From: Wallemia ichthyophaga EXF-994
Taxonomy: Eukaryota; Fungi; Basidiomycota
Direction of reading: 5' to 3'
Length of the DNA: 32,000 nt
NCBI RefSeq assembly: GCF_000400465.1
Contig: NW_008806286.1
Span: 83,865-115,864 of the forward strand
Under the pieces are notes generated by a model. The model searched no databases and was not told the origin of the DNA. It saw only the letters and a program-made list of their open reading frames with translations. Made by a program: the position numbers and the translations under genes. Positions 1-11,830 of this stretch are shown piece by piece (position 1 is the stretch's first letter; the number at the start of each line of letters is the position of its first letter).

Positions 1-801
1 GCTTTTGGAAATTATGTTGTACAAACAGCCCTAGATTTTGCTGAACCAGTTCAAAGGATTGCTTTAGTTGAAGCAATTAGACCCATCTTACCAATGATTA
101 GAAACACTCCATACGGAAAACGTATTCAATCCAAACTACAAAGAGCTTCCATGTTTATCAGAGACAGCTCTGATCCTACTTTTGGTTTAAGAGCTGCCGG
201 TCCGCCTGGTGTAAACAATGGCGGTGGATTCAGGAGTGCTTCTGCCTCCAATTTCAGCGGTGGACACTCTCCATCCTTGTTAGGTATGGGTAGGAGTGTA
301 TCGTCGCACGGATTAGACTATCAATCTCTCTCGACACCATTTTTGAACGTAGACAATCACTCAAACACTGCATTAGCTGCTGCTGCCCATCATCAACATG
401 CTCAACAATTAGCTGCACTTGCGAATGTCAATGTATCTTCACCTAGTGTTGGTGGTGTCGGTGGTTTGGGTGGTGTTAGTGGGATGAACAGCATGAATGG
501 CGTAAATGGTGTGAATGGAATCAATGGTGATAGTAGATTAGTCCATCCAATCAACCTCACCAGTCCAATCAATTTGGGTACAATGAATGCTGCTGCTGCA
601 AACGTTCAAGCTCAACACGCTCAACATGCTCAACACGCTCCTCAGGCGCAACCTGGATTTGATTACTTTTTCTCTCCAGCTGCACCAGCTGCTCAGCACC
701 CGACGCACCCTACACACGCAACGCACGCAACGCACAACAACTTGGACACCCCGAATAACTCTAATCCATACTCGGCTGCCTTCTCGACGCCTTATATATA
801 A
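1..801 (+). CDS. Pumilio/PUF RNA-binding protein (Puf4/Puf5-like), 3' part; gene starts upstream of the window
   Basis: Frame 1 is open from base 1: AFGNYVVQTALDFAEPVQRIALVEAIRPILPMIRNTPYGKRIQSKL. This is the last PUF repeat (NYxxQ) plus the typical C-terminal cap, followed by a low-complexity tail ending at TAA 799-801. Confidence 0.85.
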   Translation, partial: AFGNYVVQTALDFAEPVQRIALVEAIRPILPMIRNTPYGKRIQSKLQRASMFIRDSSDPTFGLRAAGPPGVNNGGGFRSASASNFSGGHSPSLLGMGRSVSSHGLDYQSLSTPFLNVDNHSNTALAAAAHHQHAQQLAALANVNVSSPSVGGVGGLGGVSGMNSMNGVNGVNGINGDSRLVHPINLTSPINLGTMNAAAANVQAQHAQHAQHAPQAQPGFDYFFSPAAPAAQHPTHPTHATHATHNNLDTPNNSNPYSAAFSTPYI

Positions 802-972
802 TAGTCTCTCTCATTCTCCCCTGTAATCTGACTTGGTTGTTGTAGAAAAAACTCAATCCTTGTTATAAAGTATAAGTATCAGTATAAATGTGTTCTTTTT
901 ATTAGGATGTATTTGCACGCTCTATGATTGTAACCATCACTGCGTATAAGTAGACTTGGACGCAAAATTTCA

Positions 973-1744
973 ATGTCCGATCATAGCCTACGGGAAACGC
1001 TGCAATTCGTGTTAGGCGAGGTGGCCATACTGCACAGGGAGGTCAACAGTCTGCGCGAAGAACTGGGCGAGTTGAAGCGTGAGCACAGAGGTGCGATGGC
1101 GCCGCTACCTATGAGCAGCATAGAGGATGTGGCGTCGACCCCAACAAACATAAACATGAACATGACTATGAGTCAGGACACTCAGGACCCTCACCACACT
1201 CGACCGCACGACCAACCACTATTAACTCAGGAAGAAGACCAAGACGCACTGAACAGACTACGCCAGCTATTACAGCCGCAGAAAGCCACACTGAAGCCAA
1301 CCAACGACAGCGTCACAGAGCTGTACGAGGAATACGAGCGCGGCATCCACGGTAACCCTTCCCTCAGAGCTCTCGAAAGCGCTTTCGGCAACACGTGGCG
1401 TAGCGCACCTGCCACTAATATGGCCTACAGTCGCAGATTGGTCGTTGTGCGCGAAATTGAAAAACGTGCTAGAGATTACGCTCATTGCGATGGCAGACGC
1501 GATGCGCTCGTTGACGACACTTATATTTATAGAGCCATTAACGAACTAGAGGACGAGCGTAGGTCGAGCAAATTGCGCATGCACGCTTTTATTCAGCGCC
1601 TTAAGAATAAAAGAGACGGTGGTGAGTGGATGGATGTCTGGCCGGCTCGCTGGCTGGCAACCTGGGATGTATTTCTTACGTGCTGCAGATAAGAAAACTC
1701 GCAAATCTCGACCGAAAGATGTGCAAGGCGACCATGGTGCGTGA
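973..1744 (+). CDS. GCR1_C-domain (Gcr1/Msn1/Hot1-type) putative transcription factor with N-terminal coiled coil
   Basis: SVTELYEEYERGIHGNPSLRALESAFGNTWR...YSRRLVVVREIE fits the GCR1_C pattern (TVxxLWxEWxxGxxGxPSxxxLExxxGxxWR...YSRR). Predicted intron 1622-1688 (GTGAGT...CTGCAG) gives the C-terminus DKKTRKSRPKDVQGDHGA*, stop 1742-1744. Confidence 0.75.
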
Positions 1745-1945
1745 CTTATCTGAGAGTTTGGATACACCTCACACTGCACAGATACACACTCACACACTTC
1801 TAAGAAGATTAGATTGTAATGTTAATTTGTAACTTTATTCATTTTGAAGCAACCAAACGCAGAATCTGCACCATTTAAGTCTTAAGTCATCTATGATATT
1901 TGTACATAACAATAAATTACAGGATGGAATGGAGGCCAGGCCAAT

Positions 1946-3076
<1,131 letters not shown>

Positions 3077-4065
3077 TCTGCTACTTATTACTTGTATTAT
3101 CGATGTATTCTATCACTTCCCAAACTGATATCAGCAATAACGGCTGGATAGCCTTCTAAAAATACTGGTGTACTGTCTAAGCTTTAATTTCACTACTGCG
3201 TTACAAGCTTCCGTCTCCTTTCAATGGTGTCGATTCTGTTTGAGATTCACATTTAGGAAATGCCAATCACAAGAAAATTTGCGGGTGTCCCAGGATTTCT
3301 TAAGACTTGCGTTTGTGTGTCGAGTCACTGCCTCCCAAAGTGCTTTTGTTCTTCTGCAATTCTTTAGAAACGAAACACAAAGGCAGTAATTTGGGTCTGA
3401 GGTATTCTAAATTTGTTATCACCCCCTGGAGTACCGTCAGAGCCGAACAGTCATTGGTACCGAGAGGGTAGCAATATTATACGGCCGATACTTTCGGCAT
3501 GTCCTATGCGCTCGACTTGAGTGAAGCCAATGCTTTCTCTTTATTAGCCATTAAACGCTCTCAAGTCAACATCGTGTCGCCCAACTTGCATATTCACATG
3601 CAGGGAAACATTGAAAGCAGGCATTTAGGGATATTCTAGTATTCCTAAAGTAATTAAGAGGCCGGTAACGTGTCTTCAAACTGACTTAATTGAGCAGACT
3701 TCCTAACCTGCATGAAACACCTGCGATGTTTCTCAAAATGGTGCAAAAAAAAACTCCTGACTAGTTTGAAAACAAAAAATCCCTACTCATTTTCAAAATT
3801 CCAAGCCAAACCAAGGTCATTTATGCGTCATACATTATTTTCGTCGGAATTTTTGTCTGAGGTACGCGTTCTAAAAGTTCCGTGAATATTTGCATCCCTA
3901 CCAGTCACCGGCCAACTTAGCATCAAAAGCGTCTGAAAGCAACATTAGCTGGATAATATGCAGTTAAATTATGTCATCGACACTAATACAAGGGTCTGTT
4001 TCATCGCTAGTCGCTTAATAAGGGGTAACTCAATCTTATCGCCGTAATTAAATGTGGGGTTGGCA

Positions 4066-4073
4066 TATATAAA
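4066..4073 (+). promoter_or_regulatory. TATA box of the small secreted protein gene
   Basis: TATATAAA ends 43 bp upstream of the ATG at 4116. Confidence 0.6.
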
Positions 4074-4115
4074 CTCTGAAGTTTAATATTTCTTACCTTA
4101 GACCATCACTTCATC

Positions 4116-4538
4116 ATGTTCAACAAGATTCTCCTCCTCTCAGCTGCACTCACCGGCGCTGTCGTAAACGCTACGACCTATGCAACCTTCTACTCAGACC
4201 CTTCGTGCCAAAATGATGCTTCGGTTGACTTTTCTGTTAACAATCCTGGTTGTTTCAGCGTAGGCGGTAACGAATACGTCAAATACCACGGCAGCAACAT
4301 TCAATGTTTCTCGCTCGTCAAGTCTCCAGACGCAAGTTGCCCATGTCAATTCGATTGCATTGAAGGTTTAAACGCTGTTGGCGGTAAAGGTTCTGACTGT
4401 TATGGTATAATGATCCCAGATGACGGTTGCTATTACATTGGTCAATCTGAATCACTCCGTTTCATTGGTGGTATGTGTCCAGGAAACGACTGCCCAGACA
4501 GATCAAGCAGATCTATTCCAACTCTTGAAGACAACTAG
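4116..4538 (+). CDS. Small secreted cysteine-rich protein (140 aa, 10 Cys), unknown function
   Basis: Signal-peptide-like start MFNKILLLSAALTGAVVNA, then TFYSDPSC...PGC...C...CPC...C...C...GC...RFIGGMC...C. Kozak-like CATCATG and an upstream TATA box. Confidence 0.8.
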   Translation: MFNKILLLSAALTGAVVNATTYATFYSDPSCQNDASVDFSVNNPGCFSVGGNEYVKYHGSNIQCFSLVKSPDASCPCQFDCIEGLNAVGGKGSDCYGIMIPDDGCYYIGQSESLRFIGGMCPGNDCPDRSSRSIPTLEDN

Positions 4539-5613
4539 ATGTCCAATGGACACTGACTGCGATGCACCCGGATCATGTTTTTATATTCTCACTCTGATAT
4601 CACTCTTTTTTTGTAGAAACTGGATATATATGTCGTTTTTGATGGACATTCTTGGCATTGATGGTGCTGTTGGAAGCTGAGACATTCTACTGCAGCTTTC
4701 GTGGATATTTCAAAATGAAAATCCTCATTGAATGACCTCTAGTGGTTTTTTTAAGCTTGCGCTAAAATCATAACCCTTGCTTACCTTTCACGCCCTGCAA
4801 GCAGCACGATAAGTGCTTCTTGGCATCACTCTGGAGTGCGCTGCGAAGCAGATATGAAGACCTTCTTGGGCTGTATCAACGTATACTTAAATATCTATCA
4901 ATAGATATGGACAACTTCCAGCATTACAACGACTCATCCATCCTGCTGTGCGACCTGCACGCTGAATTGGATTTGCCATTCGACATTACTCTGAGACGAT
5001 AAGAGTGCTTTTGTGCGCTATTTAAATGAAGGTGAATATTATTGACCAAAACAGAGCGTAATCTCTCAAATATCATAATTTTCAACCCTTCTAGACGTGT
5101 TTTGCATTTTCCGACGCGTAAGGGGTAGATATAATAAATAACGGCACTTTTACACATAATCACAGGAAAGAATAGATACACTTAATTGAAAGCGAGGTTC
5201 AGATCAACTCTGAAATAAGGACTTTGGGTTGACCAGATGTATTTCGAAAAACCAGATAACAGAGACAGGACAGCGATAAGGATGTGTTTAGAACAAAAGA
5301 AGTTTTAATAGCTAGTATAAGTTGAATCGCAAGGCTGCGCCTCAGTGAGATGATTCGATGGCTGAAGGATGTTACATAAGATTAGAAGATTTCCTATATT
5401 TCCCATTGGCTAATTTAAGAGAATGATTGCACAACAGCCCAGAGCTGTACCCCTTCAGGCTCAGATATAGCGATTAACTTCTAATTACTGGGGATCGGTG
5501 ACGTTGAAAGCGGTGGAAGATTAAATAATAGTCAATAACAGAATTATATCGGGTTGAAGTGTTTAAATGTCTCTGCTTGGCCTTTAACAACTCTCTAACC
5601 TCTACCACCAACG

Positions 5614-6398
5614 ATGAGCTTCCGTCCGACACTGAGATTGGCGCAAAAGGTTGCAGACCACACGAAATATCATCAAGTTAGTTGATTATATGTGATAGTT
5701 ACGCAGCTAAATAGAAATCAGGAGCCAAAGGGAATCTGGGCTCAAGCTAAGAAGTGGCTTGCGGTGAACCCAGAAATAAGTTCAGGAGTGATTGACCACC
5801 ATCAATTCCGGTGAGTATTGATTTAAGGGGTATATCAATGCTTAAATATCCAAGTACAATTCCACCTGCATCAAGACCGGAGAAGTACGTTCAGCCAATC
5901 AGTAAATGTGAGTTTGTGGTTGGAATTCACGGGATTTGAGCTAATTTGAGCAGCATATGATATCGCTGAGAATCCATACTACAAGCGTGATGTTAGAAGA
6001 GCGTTAGTTGAGTATTTATAAGCCGTGGATAGCCATTCTCACTCTATACCACAGTTACCCAAGAACTTCACACATTTCACAGAATGATCTTGCCCAATTA
6101 CTTATTTCAAGCCCAGAAATGAAGGCGTGAGTTATTTTCACTGTCTTTACACAAATCTAACAGGAAATGTCCGAGAAGCCTTCCAAACCCACAAGAGCCA
6201 CAAACTAAGGCACTCGCTCAAGTAAAGGATTCACCAGAGACTTTAGATTTGGCTCAAGTGATAGACGCTCTTCCAGCTGCTCACTCACCATTCACCGGTA
6301 TCCCACCAACGCCGCCATTCCGTCCAAATCCACTCACCCAAACCCAAGGTGCGCCTGTAAAAGAAGGCGCATACTTCCCAATGCGCTTGTTCAAGTAA
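5614..6398 (+). CDS. Mitochondrial complex I accessory subunit, NDUFA7/B14.5a family (fungal 21.3a kDa / NUZM)
   Basis: Not in the ORF track because exons are small. Introns at 5677-5721, 5811-5854, 5908-5953, 6003-6054 and 6127-6163 give MSFRPTLRLAQKVADHTKYHQEPKGIWAQAKKWLAVNPEISSG...YDIAENPYYKRDVRRAYPRTSHISQNDLAQLL...YFPMRLFK*. The DIAxNPYxKRDxRRxYP motif marks this family. Confidence 0.85.
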
Positions 6399-6469
6399 AT
6401 CATTGAATAAATTTTTTGCTTCTTTTGATTTCATGTTTATCTTGGACCATCAAGTGCGTTTGATTACTT

Positions 6470-9400
6470 ATGAAAGATATCGTAGCGCAGGATGCCCCAA
6501 AGAGGATCAAGCACATTCAGTTCTCCACACTATCCCCTCAAGAACTCGTTAAAATATCTGAAACTGAAGTTACCCACAACGGCCTCTACAGCCAGACGCC
6601 CGACAGGGCTCCACAGAGGAACGGTGTACTCGATCGCCGTTTCGGTACTTCCGATAAGAGCGGCAGCTGCGATACTTGCGGGGAGTCCATGGCTGAGTGC
6701 GTTGGTCACTACGGTTACATCAAGCTAGCTTTGCCTGTATTCCATATTGGTTATTTCAGGGATATTATAGCCATTCTTCAGGATATTTGCAAGGTTAGTA
6801 CAGCTGTGCTCTCATCCCACCTCTCACCCTCCTCAGAATTGTGCTCGTGTTCTTCTCACTGAGGATCAGCGTAGATCTTACCTCAAGAAATTCAGAAGAC
6901 CTAACATGGAAAATCTACAGCGCCAAACCACCTGTAAAGCTGTCAACACTGCTTGCCGCAAGCAGCTTTACTGCCCTTATTGTCAATCAACCAACGGTGT
7001 CGTCAAGAAAACGGGTTTACTCAAGATTGTTCATGAGAAATTCAGAGCTAAAAAGACCCATGTCGAGCATGAAGAGTTTGTTAACACCTTCAACACCGCC
7101 GTCAGTCTCAGTAAAGAAATCGCTCCTCATATCAACAAAGCTCAGGATGACTTGAATCCTCTCAGAGTGCTCGATCTCTTTACTCGCATTTCAAACGAAG
7201 ACTGTGAGCTTCTAGGAATGAACCCCAAAGAAGCCAGACCTGAACAGTACGTTTGGCAGTACATGCATGTCCCCCCTGTCTGTATCAGACCCTCTGTCGC
7301 TCAAGACGGCGCCACAAACGAAGATGATATCACCGTAAAGCTCGGTGAAATCGTACAAACGTCGCAAATTATTAAGATTGGTATGGGTGGCGGTAAATCT
7401 ACAACATCTCAGCTTATGGAGCAATGGGAATTGCTTCAATTAGCTTGTGCAATGTACATTAATGCTGAAATGCCAGGTGTCCCTAGCGATAAAGCTACCA
7501 AGCCTATCAGAGGTTTTGTGCAGCGTCTAAAGGGTAAGCAAGGTCGTTTTAGAGGTAATTTGTCCGGTAAACGTGTCGATTTTTCTGGTCGTACTGTCAT
7601 TGGTCCAGATCCAAATCTTAGTGTCAATGAGGTTGCTGTTCCACAACGTATCGCAAAGGTTCTCACATACCCAGAACGTGTCTTTGAACACAACATCGAG
7701 CCTTTGAGGGAAGCTATTAGAAATGGTCCTGATGAGCATCCGGGTGCCAATTACGTACAAAATGGAGGTGTCAATGGCTTCAAACGTTTCTTGAAGTTTG
7801 GTAATAGAGAAGAGATTGCCAAGAGATTGCGCATCGGTGATATAGTTGAAAGACACTTACGCGATGGTGATTTAATTCTTTTCAACCGTCAACCAAGTTT
7901 GCATAGACTTTCCATCATGTGTCACTACGTCAAGGTTAGACCTTGGAGAACTTTGCGTCTCAACGAGTGTGCATGTAACCCTTACAACGCTGATTTCGAT
8001 GGTGATGAAATGAACATGCACGTTCCACAGACTGAAGAAGCTAGAACTGAAGCACAAGAGTTGATGGGTGTCAAGCACAATATGGTCACACCGCGTAATG
8101 GTGAGCCTATCATTGCTGCCATACAAGATTTTATTACTGCTGCATATCTTTTGTCAAAAAAAGACCACTTCTTGGATAGACAGGAGTTTTCTCAGGTCAT
8201 TTCCTATCTCGATCACGCAAACATGCAAATTGATCTTCCACCACCTGTAATTCTCAAACCAAGGAGGCTGTGGACAGGCAAGCAAATTCTCAGTATACTC
8301 ATGCGTCCAAACAAATCAAGTCCAGTCTTGGTCAACCTTGAAGCTAAAAATCGTACAAATCACCCACCACCAAAAGGAATGCTTCCAGACATGTCTTCTA
8401 ATGACGGGTTTCTCGTTATTCGTAACTCAGAAATAATGTGCGGACATTTCGACAAGGCTACTGTTGGTGATGGTAAGAAGAACTCTGTGTTTGGTGTCAT
8501 TCTGCGTGATTACGGTCCTGATGAGGCCGTTAATGCTATGAACAGACTTGCACGTGTTTGTGCACGTTGGCTGGCAAATGTCGGTTTCTCGCTTGGTATA
8601 AGTGACGTCATGCCTAGTATGGATCTGCGTCAGCGCAAGGAGTCTCTCGTTGAAGAAGCTTACGCCACATGTAACGACCTCATTGAGAAGGCCAAGTATG
8701 GTAAGCTTGAAAACCAACCTGGTTGTGATCAAGAACAAACACTCGAAGCGCTTATCTCTGGTATATTGTCCAAGGTTCGTGATGTTGTCGGTGCAAGTTG
8801 TATGGAGGAGTTAAGTAGGTATAATGCTCCATTGATAATGGCTACATGTGGTTCAAAAGGTGGGCACTCTAGTGTTTCTTAAGGATGACTCTGATATTCC
8901 TCCAAGGTTCTGTAATTAACGTATCTCAAATGGTTGCTTGTGTCGGTCAACAGATTATCTCTGGTAAACGTGTTCCAAATGGTTTCCAAGATAGATCATT
9001 ACCACATTTCCCTAAGAAAGCAAAAGATCCGCCATCCAAAGGTTTCGTCCGCAACAGTTTCTATTCAGGTTTGTCACCACCAGAGTTCCTTTTCCACGCC
9101 ATCTCTGGTCGTGAAGGTTTGGTCGATACTGCTGTCAAGACTGCTGAAACTGGTTACATGCAAAGAAGATTGATGAAGGCTCTCGAGGATTTGTCAGCTC
9201 ACTATGACAGATCAGTTCGTACATCAAGCGGTATAGTCGTTCAATTCCTATACGGTTCTGATGGTCTGGACCCAGTGTCTTTAGAAGGTGATGGTCAACC
9301 TGTTGAATTCTTGCGTAGTTGGAAACACACTAAGGCTATTCTTGACTCTACTAAACATGACCGTGGTATGCTACCGTTCGAGATCACTGAGCATGTCGAT

Positions 9401-10833
9401 AAGGAGTTACGAACAAAGAGATGGATGAAAGAATGTACTCCTCATTATCTCTCTACTGTTCGCAACTTTATCTTCTCTAGTATTACAAAGAAGCTTGCCG
9501 ATTTGAGAGACGCTCATGGCATGTTTGACGCACTGACAAGATCGGATGAGTGGGATGAAGAGACAGATCTCGATATGGGAGCATCAGAATTTGAAAAGGC
9601 GATAGTCGACAACAAAGCCAAGGTCGCACCAGCACAGCTTCAAGAATTTTTGAATATCTGTTGGCAGAAATATGTCAAGTCCAAGGTCGAACCTGGTACG
9701 ACTGTCGGTCCAATTGGTGCTCAATCTATTGGTGAGCCTGGTACACAAATGACTTTGAAAACATTCCACTTTGCTGGTGTCGCTTCTATGAACGTAACAC
9801 TTGGTGTACCACGTATTAAGGAAATTATTAACGCTGCCAAGGCGATTAGTACACCCATTATATCAACCAAACTTTACGACGATCAAACTGAATCTGCTGC
9901 CCGTATTGTCAAGGGTAGATTGGAGAAAACGTTTTTGGGTGACATTGCATCACACATTGAAGAATCATACAGAGGTGATTACAATGCAGTGTCTGTATTT
10001 GTTGATATGGATGCAATCAACAAGCTGCAATTGGAGCTTAAGCTGTCTGATATAACTTACGCTATTGCCAAAGACAAAAAGATAAAAGTTAAGAAGGATG
10101 ATATCAAGGAGAATCATAGTAAGAACAGATTGAGGATCTACATTCAGCCAGGTCCGGACTCGTTCCACATCACCCGACACCTCAGACGTAACTTGGAGAA
10201 GGTTGTTGTTACGGGTATACCGGAAATAACGAGAGCAATTATCAATATCAACGAGAAGGAAAACAAGCGCAAAGAGTTGCTTGTAGAAGGATATGGATTG
10301 CTTGACGTTATGACCACTGAGGGAATTGTCGGTACACGTACATCATCGAATCATATTATGGAGGTTCAGAAGGTGTTGGGTATCGAAGCAGCAAGAAGTG
10401 CGATTGTTAATGAAATAGATAACGTCATGTCATCTCACGGTATGGGTATCGATAATCGTCACATTCAACTGCTATCCGATAGTATGACATTTAAGGGAGA
10501 AGTATTGGGAATTACTCGATTTGGTATTGCGAAGATGAAGGATTCAGTTTTGATGTTGGCATCATTTGAAAAGACAACTGACCACTTGTTCAATGCTGCG
10601 TTCCACGCCAAACGAGATTCAGTTGAAGGTGTATCTGAGTCTATTATCATGGGTAACCCAGCAGAGAATTGTGGTACATCTATGTATGTTTAAAAGGTGC
10701 TTTTTTTACCCAACTAACATTCAATTCCAGGCCTTCATTGATTCTACCAAAACCAAAACTGCCACCATCACGTAAATTGATATTTGAATCTGCGCTTAAG
10801 TCGTCGAAGCATTCAACAGCAACTGTATTTTAA
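6470..10833 (+). CDS. RPO31: DNA-directed RNA polymerase III largest subunit (C160/Rpc1)
   Basis: Zn-binding CDTC...ECVGHYGYIKL, catalytic PYNADFDGDEMN, GLVDTAVKTAETGYMQRRLMKALED and IGEPGTQMTLKTFHFAGVA. MKDSVLMLASFEKTTDHLF is Pol III-type and there is no CTD heptad. Introns at 6794-6836, 8860-8906 and 10684-10730; stop 10831-10833. Confidence 0.95.
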
Positions 10834-10938
10834 ATGAATAGATGAATATTATTATTTTTGCATTTAAATGTTTCTTACGGACACTGCGAGGTGTGCTGCG
10901 TTCTACACGCTTTCTCCGCTCGACCAACAAGTAAAATA

Positions 10939-11778
10939 ATGGAATACGCAGGAAAAGTGATTGAAACGGGTTAGTGGGGTGTTGAGGGATATTCTACAAT
11001 GTATTAACCAGTAACAATTACAGTAAAACACATTAGAGTTCGTCTTCTTCTGAGTATTCTTCGTAATCTGACGAACTACAAGGAAACTAGGCTTTCTAGG
11101 CTCAGACCTTTGAATGAATTTTTCGATCATCACAGACTCAGTCGCCCTTCGGACATGAACGAAGCTACTTCTGTACGTCAGTTCACTTTCAAGCTGCCAC
11201 GCTGTGCTTATATTGAATACAGAGAATCACTTACAACACGCGTCATTTCTCTGGAAACTACGGTGTAAGTGATTTACTTGTTGCACAAACACAATCCTCA
11301 ATCATTGACGTAGGTTGTCGTGTGAGTTTTGGTTTTGAAGTGGAGTTTTACATTGCTAATACAGCTCACAGAGCGGTATTGAGTGTTTAGTATGTTTACT
11401 AGTAGACATTATATCTCAAATTCCTCACACACAACACAGCGCTCTGCTCACTAACCCATTCTTGCTCATTGCAATTGCTGTCATCGTCGGTGGTTTCGCT
11501 GCCGTTCAGCGGTTCGGAGCTGATCCATTACAAGTCGGCGAGCATGTCATCACTCAGAAAGGCCTCTATGGTGTTCTTGTCGTTGTTGGTTTGGTGCTCT
11601 TCTGGATCGCTGCACCGCTGTCTATCGTGGGTTGAGTGCCGGTGGAAATTGAAAAATCTCATCAATACTATTACAGCTCTTTTGGCTCGTTGGTAGCAGT
11701 ACTATGCTGATTTTTGGTCACGCTGCTCTTATAGAACCTGGTGTAGAATCTGAATATGCACCTGTTGAGGAGGTATAA
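10939..11778 (+). CDS. YIP3: Prenylated Rab acceptor PRA1/Yip3 family protein
   Basis: Eight exons (introns 10970-11023, 11038-11082, 11173-11222, 11265-11313, 11322-11371, 11390-11439, 11627-11676). They give MEYAGKVIETVKHIRETRLSRLRPLNEFFDHHRLSRP...RITYNTRHFSGNYGVVVAVLSVYALLTNP...LFWLVGSSTMLIFGHAALIEPGVESEYAPVEEV*. RPxxEFF, NxxxFxxNY and GHAA are PRA1 hallmarks. Confidence 0.85.
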
Positions 11779-11830
11779 AGTGTTTTTTTCAAAAATACAT
11801 GAATGTTCTCATATTTAAACTTTGCTTTGT

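Noticed and set aside
3330-3344. GCCTCCCAAAGTGCT, identical to a 15-mer of the human Alu consensus
   Set aside because: The flanks do not continue the Alu sequence; this is a chance match, not contamination.
4471-4616. GTATGT donor in the secreted-protein ORF and a strong CTGAT...TTTTTTGTAG acceptor at 4616
   Set aside because: The 146-nt intron would be far longer than all others here and would leave an odd Cys count. The unspliced ORF is more coherent, though a 3' UTR intron cannot be excluded.
4766-5002. Protein-like open frame (ASLWSALRSRYEDLLGLYQRILKYL...)
   Set aside because: No upstream ATG (the only in-frame Met is near its 3' end), no clear splice partner and no recognisable family. 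It could be a relic exon but is unsupported.
6492-10650. Many 60-110 aa overlapping or antisense ORFs inside RPO31 (likewise inside POL3, SF3B1, the kinase and the MIT gene)
   Set aside because: They are shadow frames of long conserved CDSs, with no recognisable motifs or independent start context.
11102-11141. Box D'/C'/D-like pattern on the minus strand (CTGA...TGATGA...CTGA)
   Set aside because: It lies antisense to a conserved YIP3 coding exon (RPLNEFFDHHRLSRP). I found no upstream box C or terminal stem and recognised no rRNA target, so codon content explains it.
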